Made by a program: the position numbers and the translations under genes. Below the pieces are notes generated by a model. It searched no databases. It was not told where the DNA came from and saw only the letters and a program-made list of their open reading frames with translations. Below are positions 47,573-60,307 of a DNA stretch of 64,000 bases, piece after piece; positions within the stretch are counted from its first letter, which is position 1, and the number at the start of each line of letters is the position of its first letter. This DNA comes from Chlorokybus atmophyticus. Lineage: Eukaryota > Plantae > Mesostigma and Chlorokybus algae. The stretch is from contig RHPI01001116.1 in the NCBI GenBank assembly GCA_009103225.1, forward strand, positions 701,267-765,266, given 5' to 3'.

Positions 47573-48356
47573 ATGTACATGAATTGTTGCAATGTAGGCA
47601 GTATTGCAGTACTGCAGTATTGGTACATATGTATGTATTTGATACATAGCATAGATGTATTGTAACATAGCATAGCAGCCATCAAGTTGTTGCAGCCATG
47701 CAGAACAACGTACTGAACATAACGCGTCTTCCATGGTTTTGCTGCGCACAACAGGCAGGTTTCTTTGCAGACATAACGGGGCCTAGTTATGTCAACATTC
47801 TTAATCTCTTCAGCTTGTTGTTTGCAGGCCTGCAGAACTGTGTTGGTAGTGACGCAGGCACACACGTCCTTGCATATTATACGCAGCAGCAGCAGCAACG
47901 GACAAGCGCAGAAATTAATATAATCTGCAGCTACGGCGAATAGACAAGACTAACACCATGTTGAGGCAATCCTGGTTGCCTCTCTTGGAGACACGCAGTC
48001 TGGTATGACTGGTATGACTGCCTCTAGTGGTCGCAAGGGGAAATTGACAAGGGGGCCAATGTTCCCTTGCAGCGGTCAAGCCTTGGAATGTGGGTGAAAA
48101 TAAATGAACAACCAAGGCGAACATCTCCACGCACAGCTTTCTGCACCGCTACTGGCATGTGTGCAAGCACGTGAGGACTGCACGCTTGCCGGTATTCTTT
48201 TGCAACACACCAGAAACTTAGAGTGAAGGAGGAGAAGGAAGCTGAAGGTGGAGCACAGCAAGTATTCGCCGTGCGCCTCCTGCGCCGCCTGCACAGACTG
48301 ACCTTAACAGATAACTGCATGTAGTCAGTGTTCATGCAGTCGCCGGCGTTAGGGCT

Positions 48357-51300
48357 ATGAGCGACGTGGGCGGCGGCGGCGGCGCCCGGGTCGGGGGAGG
48401 AGGGGCTTCGTCTTCTGCTCCTCCTCCTCCGTCTGCATGGCCTCCGCCAGCTCGCAGCCCTTGGCAGCCTGCGGACGCCCCCGGCGCCGCCTCCCGCTAC
48501 AGCGGGCGGCTGCCACGCAGCGACGTGGAGGTGGCGTTCAGGACGCTGTGCAACGGCGGCGACGATGAGGAGGAGGCGGAGGAGGACCGCAAGCAGGGTC
48601 ATCACCCCGTCATTGACAAGGAGAGTCTACGGGAGGGACTTCGCAAGCTCAAGCTGCCCTGCGGAGATAGCTACGTTGAGGGGCTGATCCGCGCCGCTGA
48701 CACCAACCATGACGGCAAGGTGCTGCATGCACATATGCACTTAACACATACACAATGCTGCCATCGCTTACTCAACAGCATTGGGACGATTACTCAACTG
48801 ACCACCAGCAGCTCCACCCATTGCTATAGAAAGTTGTGTGCACTGTTCAGGACAGTTGTTAGATAGCCAATTGTTGCCACCACTAGCAAGCCCTGCTGTT
48901 CACAGGAGTTTGAGTGGTAATGTGGCATTGTCCTCTACACTACGCGTGCTGCTCCAGTTGACATAACAAGTGCTTCTGAACTAGTTGCCGCACTGCTGAC
49001 GGCATGCTGCATATAGTGATTAACAATGTTGTGCATGACTTGATGTTTTCAGGTATTACTGAAAGCTGTACCTGCCCCAGAAGCGCCTTGACTCATGAGC
49101 TTGAGCATGTCGCTTGCTGTCATGATATACACTTGTTCGTTCGTTAGCTACATGTGGCTACGTGTTGTCTTGAAGCACCTTGTACACGCGACCAAAGTTG
49201 CACCAGACATTGCAGTGGTATGCATGACAACGTCCTAATATTGCTTTGTCTGTTGTCCCGCACTCACTTGAACACAACAACAGTCGTTACCCTCTGTTGA
49301 TGCATACATTTGCAACTCACTTTGTGGCTGAGCACCCTTCAAGCAACCTGTTGGAGCTTAGTGCTGTTTTTGAGTATTTCTCGTGCTGCTGCAGCTTGAC
49401 TATGCGGAGTTTGAGCGCTTTGTGGACGAGCGTGACAAGGAGGTGGGCGCCGTCTTCGATGCGCTCGACATGGACCGTAGTGGTCTGTTGTACCCGCATG
49501 AAGTAGCTGAAGGCTTCAACCGCCTGGGCATCAAGTGTTCCGAACGCACAGCCAAGGCTCTGATTACAAGCTTAGATCAGTAAGTCCATTCACCCCTGTG
49601 TTCATGACTTTCACTCGCAACAAGACACCAGCACATGAGTGTTTACAACTTGCAAGCCACACATGCACGCATGTGCACATGCACACGCGCACCTATGCAC
49701 ACACATACAGCAGGCGCGCACGCACTCACCCACTCACCTATGCATGCATGCATGCACGTATGCGCATGCGCATGCACAGCTGCACACATGCACGCAAACA
49801 TTCACATTAGCTTTTGCGCGCAGAAACGACGATGGAAGGCTGGACTACCACGAGTTTCGCAGGGGACTCATGCTTCTCCCAGCACTGTCCGCAGCAGCGA
49901 TATTCCAGTACTGGGAGCGCGCCACGGCCATTGACTTGGGCGACACTGATTTTACGCTGCCGGACGAGCCGGCAGAAAGTGGCCCCCATACGAGTGCTAC
50001 TGCTAATGCTCTTCGCAACCTGCTGTGCGGTGCCATTGCAGGTAGTGAGTGCAACTTTCTCAGTGCACAATAAGAAGACTAAATATTGAACCTGCTCAGG
50101 CAAAATTGTCATGGCACTCGTGTACACGCTGAACATGTGCAGTATAGTGTGGTCACATAGGCTGGTACATTGGTTGTTGTCTTCATCATCCTCACTGCCT
50201 GTTTACCTGTCAAACATGTATGTATATCGTGTATGATGTGTGTGGCTTGTTGCCAGGAGTCTTTTCGCGCACAGCCACTGCGCCAATTGACAGACTCAAG
50301 ACGCTGATGATGGCGCAGCGGCCCGACTTGGTGGCGCTTGGACCGCAAGTGGGTGGCGGCGTGTGGCCCGGGCTTCAAGCCATGTACATTGAGGTTGGTG
50401 GTCCCTTTATCAGACAGATGCAGTGAAGCATGAGACTTTGGTAACTTGAATGTTAACACTTGGTCCAAGGGAGGAGTGCGCGGCTTCTGGAGAGGCAATT
50501 TCGCCAATTGTATCAAAGTCGCACCAGAGCAAGCCGTCAAATTCTTTGCTTATGGTATACTTTTTGCTCGTAGTCAATTACTTTATTACGCACATGCATA
50601 TACAGGCATGTGCATGTAAAAGCATTTGCATTTGCATTTGCTCACAGTTGCTGTCATGTGCAGATTTTTTCAAGTCTATTCTTGTAGAGGATCCCAAGAA
50701 TCCCTCTGTTGGCGACCGCCTTCTTGCTGGGGGGATGGCCGGCATGTTGTCTCAGTTCATTGTGTACCCTCTTGATCTAGTAAAGACGCGTTTATCGATA
50801 GCTCCCTCGGCCTATAATGTTGGCATACTTGGTACCATGCGGCACGTTGCACGCACTGAGGGCGTACGGTCGCTGTGGCATGGACTTACCCCCTCGCTCA
50901 TCGGCATTTTCCCCTATGCGAGGTACAAGCTTACAACAAGTGTCCATTTCTATCCATCTAGGAGAATGCACTCATGTTCTCATGCGTGTGTGTGCAGCGT
51001 TGATCTGGCAGTGTTTTCGATGTTGAAGGACTTTTACACCAGCCAGCATCCTGAGGGCAAGTCCCCAGGCGCGCTCTGGCTGCTGGGCTCAGGGGCTGTG
51101 TCAAGCACTTGCGGCCAGCTGGTCAGCTTCCCTCTCATGGTTGTGCGCACGCGATTGCAAGCACAGGACAACACGCATAAGCACCCTTATAATGGTACAC
51201 GCAACCTGCTTGCTGGTTGACTTGCCATGCATTGATAGCGACTCAAAGTGGCCGTTGCTAACAATTGCGCACATTGAAGGTATGCTGGACTGCTTTGCTA

Positions 51301-51425
51301 AGGTGTACAAGTACGAGGGCATCCGCGGACTGTACCGCGGTTTGATTCCCAACTTCTTGAAGACGATACCAGCGACGGGTCTGAGCTATTTTGTGTATGA
51401 GACAAGCAAGCAGATGTTGAGTTGA
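48357..51425 (+). CDS. APC: Calcium-binding mitochondrial ATP-Mg/Pi carrier (EF-hands + MCF; SCaMC/APC family)
   Basis: EF-hands DTNHDGK|[18 protein letters not shown] and DQ|[11 protein letters not shown]; three carrier repeats with [15 protein letters not shown] and PLMVVRTR; [19 protein letters not shown]; about 8 exons. Confidence 0.93.
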
Positions 51426-52665
51426 GTCGAAATGCATTTGCGTTGACCTTCAGCAACCCGAGACACTCCAAAGTCTCGGCATCACACAGATGGTACGCAT
51501 GCAGTCAATTGAAGGGATGCGTGAAGTCCTTCTGCAAAAGCCATCTCTGCCTGCTTCAGACTTTCCTTTGCTGGCACAGGTGATTCATTGCGGATGTGAA
51601 GCTCAACACCAGCAGCTGACAGGTATCAGTGTTCCTGCTGGTAGTGTTTGGTTTTGGGAGTGTTCCCACACAGGGAACACTTCCCCTGCAGCTTGCGTCA
51701 AACATTCTTGTGTGGCAGGTTTTGAGAACATCATCCATTCAAGATTACTGCTAGTGGACAGATTGAACGTTGTGTAAGTAGCAATTGTATTAGTATCGTT
51801 ATGACTAGCTGTACCTCTCAATGTCTTGTGTAAATCAAGCTCGCCTGTGTATATGTTCTGGCAAAGAGTTGTGCGTATGAAGGCCCTGGCTACTTGTGCC
51901 TTCATATGCTGATATTGCTCAACCATTGGCGTTGCTGCCTTACACTGCCATATTCACTGTGGCTTGTCGCTGGCTGGGAAGCATACTCAGCTGGCTGGAT
52001 GGCTTGCAGCTTTCTCGTCAACAGGCAATCTGTGTGCCATAGGCATGAGAAGTGCATGCTCACAAACACCCAGGCATATGGGGTAGTGCTCTTGCATGGT
52101 ACTTGCATTTTTGGACGGTGATGATACCTGCATAGCAGGTGCCGCGGTCAAGGCCAAGGGCTGCGCATCATCACCGGTGAGATCAGCTCTTTGAGCACAT
52201 GTCCAAGAGTGACAGCAATGTCAGCCGCCCGATGGGAATGACAGCAAATCACATCATGCAAGTGGATGACACGCAGTACTAGGCAAAATTGTACACGGGT
52301 GCAATACAGCACTAGCACATGCGTCATGTGCAGAAGCCGCACAGCATTGCACAACAAAGTACTAGTATTAAGGAATGCGGTCAACCTCTCCTTCCGCTGC
52401 CGACTGCTTCGCGGTACATTGGCAGCATTTCATAGTAATGCACACATGAGCATGCCCGACATGTAGCAAGGACTGCTGGATGCAAACTGCATGCTTGCAT
52501 TAACACCTTCGATTCCCTGTACACACGTAATGTAAGCTTGCAAGCATGGCAAGCTTACACCACAAGCTCAGTGAGGTGATGTGCAATGGATTTGCCCACA
52601 TCAAGCAGCACAAATCTTGCGGCACATGCACTAACAAACGTGTGCGCTTGGGCCTCCAAAACACG

Positions 52666-54269
52666 TTATGAGATACTGAGAACCAACAGACCTACAGCAA
52701 TATACAGCAGAAGCACCGGATAAATAGCTAATGCTCTGCGTTCCGGTTGGATGGCGCCTTTGAGGAAGGGGTAGGAGGACCAAGAGCTCCAGCATATGGC
52801 CACGAGCACCAAGACAGACCTGTATATTTTGCTGGTGCTGATACCCGATAGCAGTGTGGCTGCAACCAGGGGAAATATACAGTACCCAAGCAGACTCAAA
52901 CTCTGAAGAAATATAATGTTGCCACCCTGCACAGCACATAGTTGATGAGCAAGCTCACTTCATCCCTGTCACGAAAGGCTGGCAGTAGTCAGGCAGACAC
53001 ATGGTGCTAGATGTGGGCGCGTACCAGCAGCAGCACGTTCAAGGTAAGGACGACAGCGCCTATTGATAGCACCACAAACACAACAGCAAACACAGTGCCC
53101 TGCAGATGATTGAATGTCAGCATTGCATGCGTGAGCACAAGCAGAACCAGATGTGCTGCGGGCTAGATCAACGTCGTGAAGTGACACAGCATGCAGCTGG
53201 CAACTGCATGCTGTGTCCTTACGTATCTGCATTTATTGTATCTTTACATAAATCGCAGCACTTACGCTATCCTTTCCAGCACGCCATGAGAGAGCAATGG
53301 CAAGAAATAGAACGAAAAACATGGGCCCCCAGAGATCCCAGTCCCTCAACACCGCTGTTGGCGAGTCCCTGAATGGGTTTGGAAACAATACCTGGAGCAC
53401 AGTTCAAACGATGAGTACGGCATGTCCAATCTTGCAGTGGGTGCATTGCATTTTGACTGAACAAAAGAGAACACGTCAGACTTGACATCACGAATAACGG
53501 AACAAACTCAAATATTAATCATTCTCATACCGCGCGCAGATTGCTGGCAACGCGCAGAAGGTCGCGCTTGAGAGTCTCCCAGACTGGTTCTGTTAGCGTG
53601 CTTTCTGTATAGGCAGGGGCACTTGAAGGGCGTGGACCCTGTTGAGCACAGTAGTAGGTAAGGCTGCGTACAGTACAGCACAACAGAGACATCCTTGTCG
53701 TTGATGCAACCTACCATTGCAGTATACGTATCTTTACAAAGGATGCATTAACACAGCCGCTTCGCGCACTATGTGCATACTAGCCTGCAGCTGCTAATGG
53801 TCTTGTAATCTTGCAGAAACACTGCAACACTGCAAGACCATGTGCACAACATGCAACTCAACCTCATATTCCTTCAACGCACAAACATTGAAGAACTACT
53901 ATCCAGGACAAACGTGAGACGGATGCTGCATTGCATGCTTTGGTCCAACTTTCCCAAGACAACAGTCGCAGGCATGGAGGAAGGCAGGGTGTTGGGCAGG
54001 TCACTTCAGCAGCAATGCATTGCAGAGCACAGCTAAACTGTCTCACTGGCCCTAGTGTTTGCGACATTGAGTTTCTTGCTAAGTCGAACCTGTGAGGACG
54101 GTGCGGCAGATAGCGATGTAGGGGGAGGGGGTGGTGGTGGCGTTGCCACCGGAGGCGGCGGCTTGTATCCAGTGTCCTGGATGACAGGCACCGTGGCCGA
54201 GCTGCTTTTAGACACGGGATCGAACAACTGCTCAATCTCATCCATGTCTTGACCAGGCCTTCCGGCCAT
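52666..54269 (-). CDS. YIPF6: Yip1-domain protein (YIPF6/YIP4-like)
   Basis: STLTEPVWETLKRDL | VLFPNP..LRDWDLWGPMFF | GAVVLTLNVLLL | GGNIIFLQSLSLLGYCIFPL..RRALAIYPV; five exons with canonical splice sites. Confidence 0.9.
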
Positions 54270-54759
54270 CTTTACAAACTGCTAAGACAAGCTATACACT
54301 GAACCAACGCCCAACCAACACCGCCCTTTACCAGCACACCTTGCCCTGTCCACTCCAATGCGCTCAAACCAACGACGCCAAAAGTCTCTGGAGACCGGCT
54401 ACTTGCACGTGGCTTCAACACAATCTTCCGCTTACCCTTCAAACCGATTGCCGCCGCCACCACCGCCGCCGCCGCGTACAACAACCCTGCCAGCTGGCAA
54501 GGCTTGTTTGCATTTCCTGCTATTTTCGCAGCTAGCGTTGGGGCAAGCGTTGACGGAGCTTAGCAGCACAGACGCGCGCGGTGCAGCTAGGTAGTGACTT
54601 GCGCGGTTGGGCAGCAATGAGTTGTAGCGTTGGAGACCGTTTGCCCGCGAATCAAGCAGCCCCAACGCTGTCCCCAACGCTGCCGCTGTGTTTGAAGCTG
54701 AGCTGAACTGCGGCGGTGGCGGCGGTGGTGGTGGCGCTGCGGTTGGTTGCGGCTCCTTG

Positions 54760-57501
54760 ATGGATGTGGCAGTGACGACCACTACCAGTGACGGAGCACT
54801 GACTTTGTGGGATCTGCGCTCTGGGTCACAGGTGTCGTTGCTGTTGCTCGCAATGTCCGCAATCTGCATGCAGCATTTGCTAGGCGTGATTGCAAGTGAT
54901 GGGTACAGAAGGAAGTTGTCAATCTGTAGTATGGTTACCTTCAATTTAAGTCTACGACGTTCTCAGTAACCTCACGTCGTATAACTCGTTCCATGTAATT
55001 CATTCCACGCATCTTGCATGGTAGTGAGACGCAGCAAACTGAACTCAACAGCAAAATACTTGTGGGGTTAAACAGTTGTGAGCATGCAGCTGCCATTGTG
55101 GCAAACTTCCTGCTGATCTTGGCAAGGCAGCCGCAACTGTTATTGATGCAAATGAGGTTGAGGTAGGCTGGCATTGCTTTCTAGCAATTGCCCGGCGCAC
55201 AATCCCAATTGGTAGGGTGCTGGCCGATACCGCTTGTGTTCAGCATTTGTAAAGGCTTTGTGAGTGTGTAGCAAGCTGGTCGCATGCATGTACCTCTGAA
55301 CAAGCAATTCACAGATAGCGTCATATCGCGGATGCTCCTGCAACCCGCATGCTGTCTGCTGCATTGGATCGCAGTACGCTGTAGCAGCACAAACCGGGAA
55401 AGGCGTAATACACGCATGGGCATGGCACAAGGTAACTATGCTTGCGGGAAAGCACATGGCTGACTCCGCACTGCACCGGATGTCAGTGCATGCGCAGAAG
55501 GCATTCACAGTAACTTGGATGTCTTTGCTTTAGGAAGCGCTGCTGCTGAGGAGTTTCCCTGTTGAGCCTGTCCGGCCTATGGCGGCAACAAGCGATGGCT
55601 TCTTCTGCGCTGCTGGCGGTGCATCTGGAAACATCTACCTGTGGGAGGTAAGTAGTGCGTAACTGCCCGCATTGAATAAGGTCTTGTGTAGAGTGCTTGT
55701 ACCATGCCTCACTCGCAACTGCACAGACATCTACGGGACGGTTGCTGCGGTCATGGCCAGCACATTACAGGGCAGTAGCTGCGCTCGCTTTCTCAGATGA
55801 TGACTCTCTACTGGTATCAGGCGGGGAGGACGGAGCTGTTAGTGTCTGGGTGATGGCAAGGTGAGGACAGACAACAACAGTCACAGCATTCATGTCCACA
55901 TGCACTGCCTGACTGATTGGTACCAGCACTCTGGACATGCAGCCTCAGACGCTTGGCACGAGTCAGCCTCAAGCGCTGTACACATGGACGGAGCACACTC
56001 TGCAAGTGACGTCTGTGTTTGTTGGCACCGGCACAAATGCTGTTGTACTGTCCTCTTCAGCAGACCGCACAGTGAAGGTACCTTTTCATGTGCAACTCAT
56101 CGTCTTTGTGCTTTCACAACGCTTTGTGATATGACAATATCACATTGCAGATTTGGACTCTGGGTCAAGGCTTGCTGCTGCGGACCCTGATGTACCCTAC
56201 AGCGATCAATTTCGTCGCACTGGATCCAGCTGAAAGCATTCTGGTAGCCGGTGGCAATGATGGCAATATCTACGAGGTAATGCTTGCAGAAGCGCCAATG
56301 CCCTCTGCATTTGCAAGATGTGATATGTGCATGTAACTTCAACATCAGCTACTGCATAGGTTGCGCTACACGCTAACGCCACAAGCAACCTGCTGGCTCT
56401 TGGGTCCAGTGGCACTGACGCTGCAGACGGGGAAGGCATGTTTGTAGGGCACAGGTGAGTAGCACACGCAACACAAAGATAAGGTTGTTTCAACTTTACA
56501 GCTGCAATGCCATTTGTCCTTGTGTGTGGCCAGTGGAGCTATCACCGGCCTGGCATTCTCACTAGACGGTGGCCACTTGGTGTCATCTTCTGAAGATGGG
56601 ACGGCGTGTGTGTGGGACATCTCAAGCCATCAGTTGTTACGCACAATGAAGCACAAAGGTTTGTTTGTCATTGCCGAAAGCCAACAACCATTCTTTGGTT
56701 GGGCTGATGTGCTACATGTGCACTGGAATGCTACTGTTTGGGGTTGTTTGTCAACTGTGTTTGGTGCAGCGTCACTGGGCTGCCTACAAGTGTGATCTGA
56801 TTCATACCCAGCGCACGTTATGCTTGCAGGACCGGTGTCAAATGTCTTGTGCATCCCAAGACCAGACATCATGCCCTCAGACGGACGCCGTCAATCTCGT
56901 ATGCAGCCGCTCGCAGTCTTCAGCAAGTATGCAGACCAGCCCGCTGTGTCCGGTAAGTGCTGCAACATGAGCGTCTTTGCAGGTAGTACTTCCGCGTTGT
57001 AGCTCATGCGTTGCCTTGCAGATGCTGGAGCCGGTTTTAAGTCTGGCGTGAGAGTGCAGCTGGCGCCATGGGAGGGGCCGCCAATGTTCTTGCCTGGATT
57101 TGAACGCACTCTGCCCAACCCTGACCCAGCAGAACCTGTCCACAGCCTGCAGCAGCAAGCGGACGAACTAGAGGTTTGTTGTCATATGTAGACATGGATT
57201 TCACTTTGGTCTTATCAAGCCCAAGTGTATGTCCCATCTGTGCACACCCGCATGCGTGTGGACAACATGCCCAGGTGCATCACTTCCGTTGTCAAGAAAT
57301 CTGACAATACTTGCATAGCTCACATGCGGATTGCATGTGCACTTGGTGCAGGGTGCGCAAACAAAGCGCAGCTCAGAGCTTGAGAATGCAAGGTTGCAAC
57401 GGCAGCTGGCGGAGGCAAGGTCGCAGCGGCAGCAGTGGGAGGAATTGCATGGCCAACTTTATCAGTACTGTGTGGATCAACTAGGCAGTGGAGTTTCGTA
57501 A
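54760..57501 (+). CDS. WDR18: WD-repeat protein 18 / IPI3 / RID3 (pre-rRNA processing Rix1 complex)
   Basis: LTLWDLRSG; SFPVEPV..LAA..GFFCAAGGASGNIYLWE|ISTGRLLRSWPAHYRAV..DDSLLVSGGEDGAVSVW; LYTWTEHTL; ITGLAFSLDGGHLVSSSEDGTACVWD; C-terminal coiled coil. Confidence 0.9.
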
Positions 57502-57923
57502 TTTTACAGTGCTTACGAGATTGCACAGACTGTTGTGTGGCTTGAATGGTATTGCTATGACTGAACAAGCATACAAATGCCATGGCAACATTGTGCTTAG
57601 AGCGGTAAAGTGATATGCTATTGGACAGCATTGCTGCGGAGTGACGGTCACTCCAAGTGGGTCATGTTCATATGCGAACATGAGTACACATGCGTAGCTG
57701 CCTACCCAGTACGCAGCCACGGCATGCACTGCCGCAGAGGGAGCTTCCATGCCTGCCGCACATGCATGCGTGCCTGTGACTGACAAAATCCTAAGGCGGC
57801 AGTGGTGGTGGCGGGGGTGTGGGTGATGCAGGAGAGGGAGTCCGTTGGATCCTGCTGATGGTGTGGTCGCTGCTGCTGCAACAACGCCGCTAACCAAGGC
57901 GCATGTGCAGCTGATGACACACG

Positions 57924-57957
57924 CACTAGACATGCATGCATGCATGCGTGTCTAGTG
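57924..57957. repeat. 34-bp near-perfect palindrome; a second 8-bp-stem hairpin lies at 57993-58009
   Basis: CACTAGACATGCATGCA|TGCATGCGTGTCTAGTG (one mismatch); CTAGGTTG-G-CAACCTAG. Confidence 0.85.
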
Positions 57958-58841
57958 GGGTATGGGCAGTAGAGAAGGTAGGTAATGCATGGCTAGGTTG
58001 GCAACCTAGTGGTTACTGTGAGTGCTTCATGGTGTGGTGAGTGGACTGCTGATGCGTGTGTTACACTTCCCTGCATGCCACAATCCTTGCATCCTATTTA
58101 CTACACACGTTTGCTGCTTACAACTGAGTAGCAGGTGTCTAATGCTTGTGTAATGACATTGACATATGAGTACTTGCGTTTGATGCGCATCACAATGTCG
58201 ATGATATTATGTCATGTTTCACCATGTCAACAACATTATGCAATAACACGATTTTAAAATAAATTGTATTGCTCGTGTTGATTGCGTCGGCTATGCAATG
58301 CTCAACCAATCATTACAATTTGACCTTGCCGTGTATCCCACATTGTGATTGACAATATAATTGAATATTTCATATACTATGCAATATATACATGGTATGA
58401 GTGATATGCAAATGGTCGATCTGTGTGCGGAATGTAGATGCAGTAAGAATACACACCACATGTTCAACCTTGCCCATGTACGGAGTCAACCATTTCATTC
58501 AACGAATACAACACATACTCCAAGATGTAAACTAAAGTATGAAGATGTAAATACGCTGAATACCAAACGAAATGTGTGCCACATAACGTTTTCACGTTAC
58601 ATGAAGTTTACATTTGTTCACAGACTGATCATGACCATGAACAAGTTCCTTGCAATGCACCGCATGTTGTGGTCCACACAATGCTCCGTAGTTCGTGGCT
58701 CCATTGTACTCCACTGTACAAACAAAGCCACCCCCTTACAACACCCCCATTGATGTACCCGGGCTTTGTTTGGAAGCCCCCATTTACATTTGGAATGCAA
58801 CCGGACACAACAAACCCATTGATTCCCCGGGGGGGGGGGGG

Positions 58842-58877
58842 NNNNNNNNNNNNNNNNNNNNNNNNNNNNNNNNNNNN
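58842..58877. other. Assembly gap (36 N) inside a poly-G tract
   Basis: Run of N flanked by G runs on both sides. Confidence 0.99.
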
Positions 58878-60022
58878 GGGGGGGGGGGGGTGACAACTTG
58901 TCGCACGAATACGGTAGGTGGATCATGGATCATAAACTTCCCGATTGCAATGCCTCGAGGTACTCACCGATTGACGCCGTTCTACTCGCCCGTGATCGTC
59001 GTGGCGAGTATCAATGGCTTGATACTCGCCACGATGTTCGCAGCAACAACAAGCTGCCAGCTCAGCCGTGAGGCGACGGCGGGGACGGCGGCGGTCTAGG
59101 GCAGGCATATTCCGGAGGACGACAAGGACAACGACGACTTGGTAGGAGCGGCGTGAGGTAAACGGAGACGGGCGAGGCGAGCAGTTTGCTGCTTCCGTGC
59201 TCAGGGTTGCGCTGATTACAGGTGCTCACTGGGAGATGATTGGCGGCGTCTGGTGGCATGGCAGGTTTGACTTTGACTTCTCTGTCTTTGCAAGAACTAT
59301 TGCTTGTTGGTTCTTCTGCGTATTGCCGGAACCTCGTCTTGTCACTCATCAACTTTAAAAGTGCTTGATCAGTACCCTCCGTGATTGTTAACATGTTCAA
59401 TTTGCTCATCTCGGTTTTGTTGTTGATGTTTTTCGGCACGCAATTAGTCATTGATTGTTTGCATGCCAAAAGGGTTGCTCTCTTTCTGCATACCACCACA
59501 GTCTGCTTTCTACATGAGCCGTTTGTGCAGGGACAATTCCATGCGTTGAGGCTATTGCTAAAGGAAACCAACCAAGCCAAAACAACTGTTGCATTCTGCT
59601 AGTAGGCTGTTGTAGTACTGGTTTTGGTTCAAGGCATCGCATGCGGTTTCAATCTTTTGTCAATCTGCTGGCTGCTTTGCTGGCTGCAGACAGGTATTTC
59701 AGCCTTGTGCACTTGTTTCTGCCCAAGTTAAAGTGGCAATAGAGAAATTGCTGTATACACATTTTCAATTGCCATCACAAACACCCCACCTCTGTACATC
59801 TGGTCCAGGTGTACAGGTTGAGGTGTCGGTAGCAATTCTGGTATAGCTTACAGTCCCAGGTCATCTGGAACTTCAAGCTTGTATGAGCATCATTAAACTT
59901 GTACCAGTAAACCTCCACATGCATATGTTCATGTGCAGTGTGGCTATGCAGCGCTGGTTTGTTGCGCTCACTACATGTCTGTGCTGTCAGGATTGCGCTA
60001 GCAGCACTGATAGTCATAAGTA

Positions 60023-60256
60023 ATGAATGAATACGATCTGAAGGACGACAACTACGATATCAACGACGAGCGCAGGGCCGCTTTACGCCAAGAGCTCGAG
60101 CGACTGGCCAGCCATCCCGCAGTCGGCACGTGGGCCTCGCATCGCCGCCGTGTTGCACAGCAAGCTCTGATCCTTCTTGACAAGCAACACGACAAAAGCA
60201 ACAACAACACACAAGACCTGCTGCTGAGCCTTCTCTCCCAGCTCTCCCTTTCCTAA
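60023..60256 (+). CDS. 77-aa small protein / upstream ORF preceding the F-box gene
   Basis: Complete ATG-TAA ORF with a protein-like helical sequence (RRAALRQELERLASHPAVGTWASHRRRVAQQALILL..LLSQLSLS). It ends 51 nt before the F-box ATG and has no splice donor joining it to the F-box frame. Confidence 0.65.
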   Translation: MNEYDLKDDNYDINDERRAALRQELERLASHPAVGTWASHRRRVAQQALILLDKQHDKSNNNTQDLLLSLLSQLSLS

Positions 60257-60307
60257 CACGCGGGCGCGCCACACACATACACATATACAATAGTCCACAT
60301 ACCCAAC

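Noticed and set aside
51490-52500. ORFs between the carrier and Yip1 3' ends
   Set aside because: Probably 3' UTR or intergenic; no conserved motifs.
53270-53300. Apparent GC-AG intron in the Yip1 gene
   Set aside because: The exon reads on (WRAGKDS) to a canonical GTAAGT donor.
59062-59580. 172-aa minus-strand ORF
   Set aside because: No recognisable domain; it may be the leader/intron region of the uORF-F-box transcript. Left unannotated.
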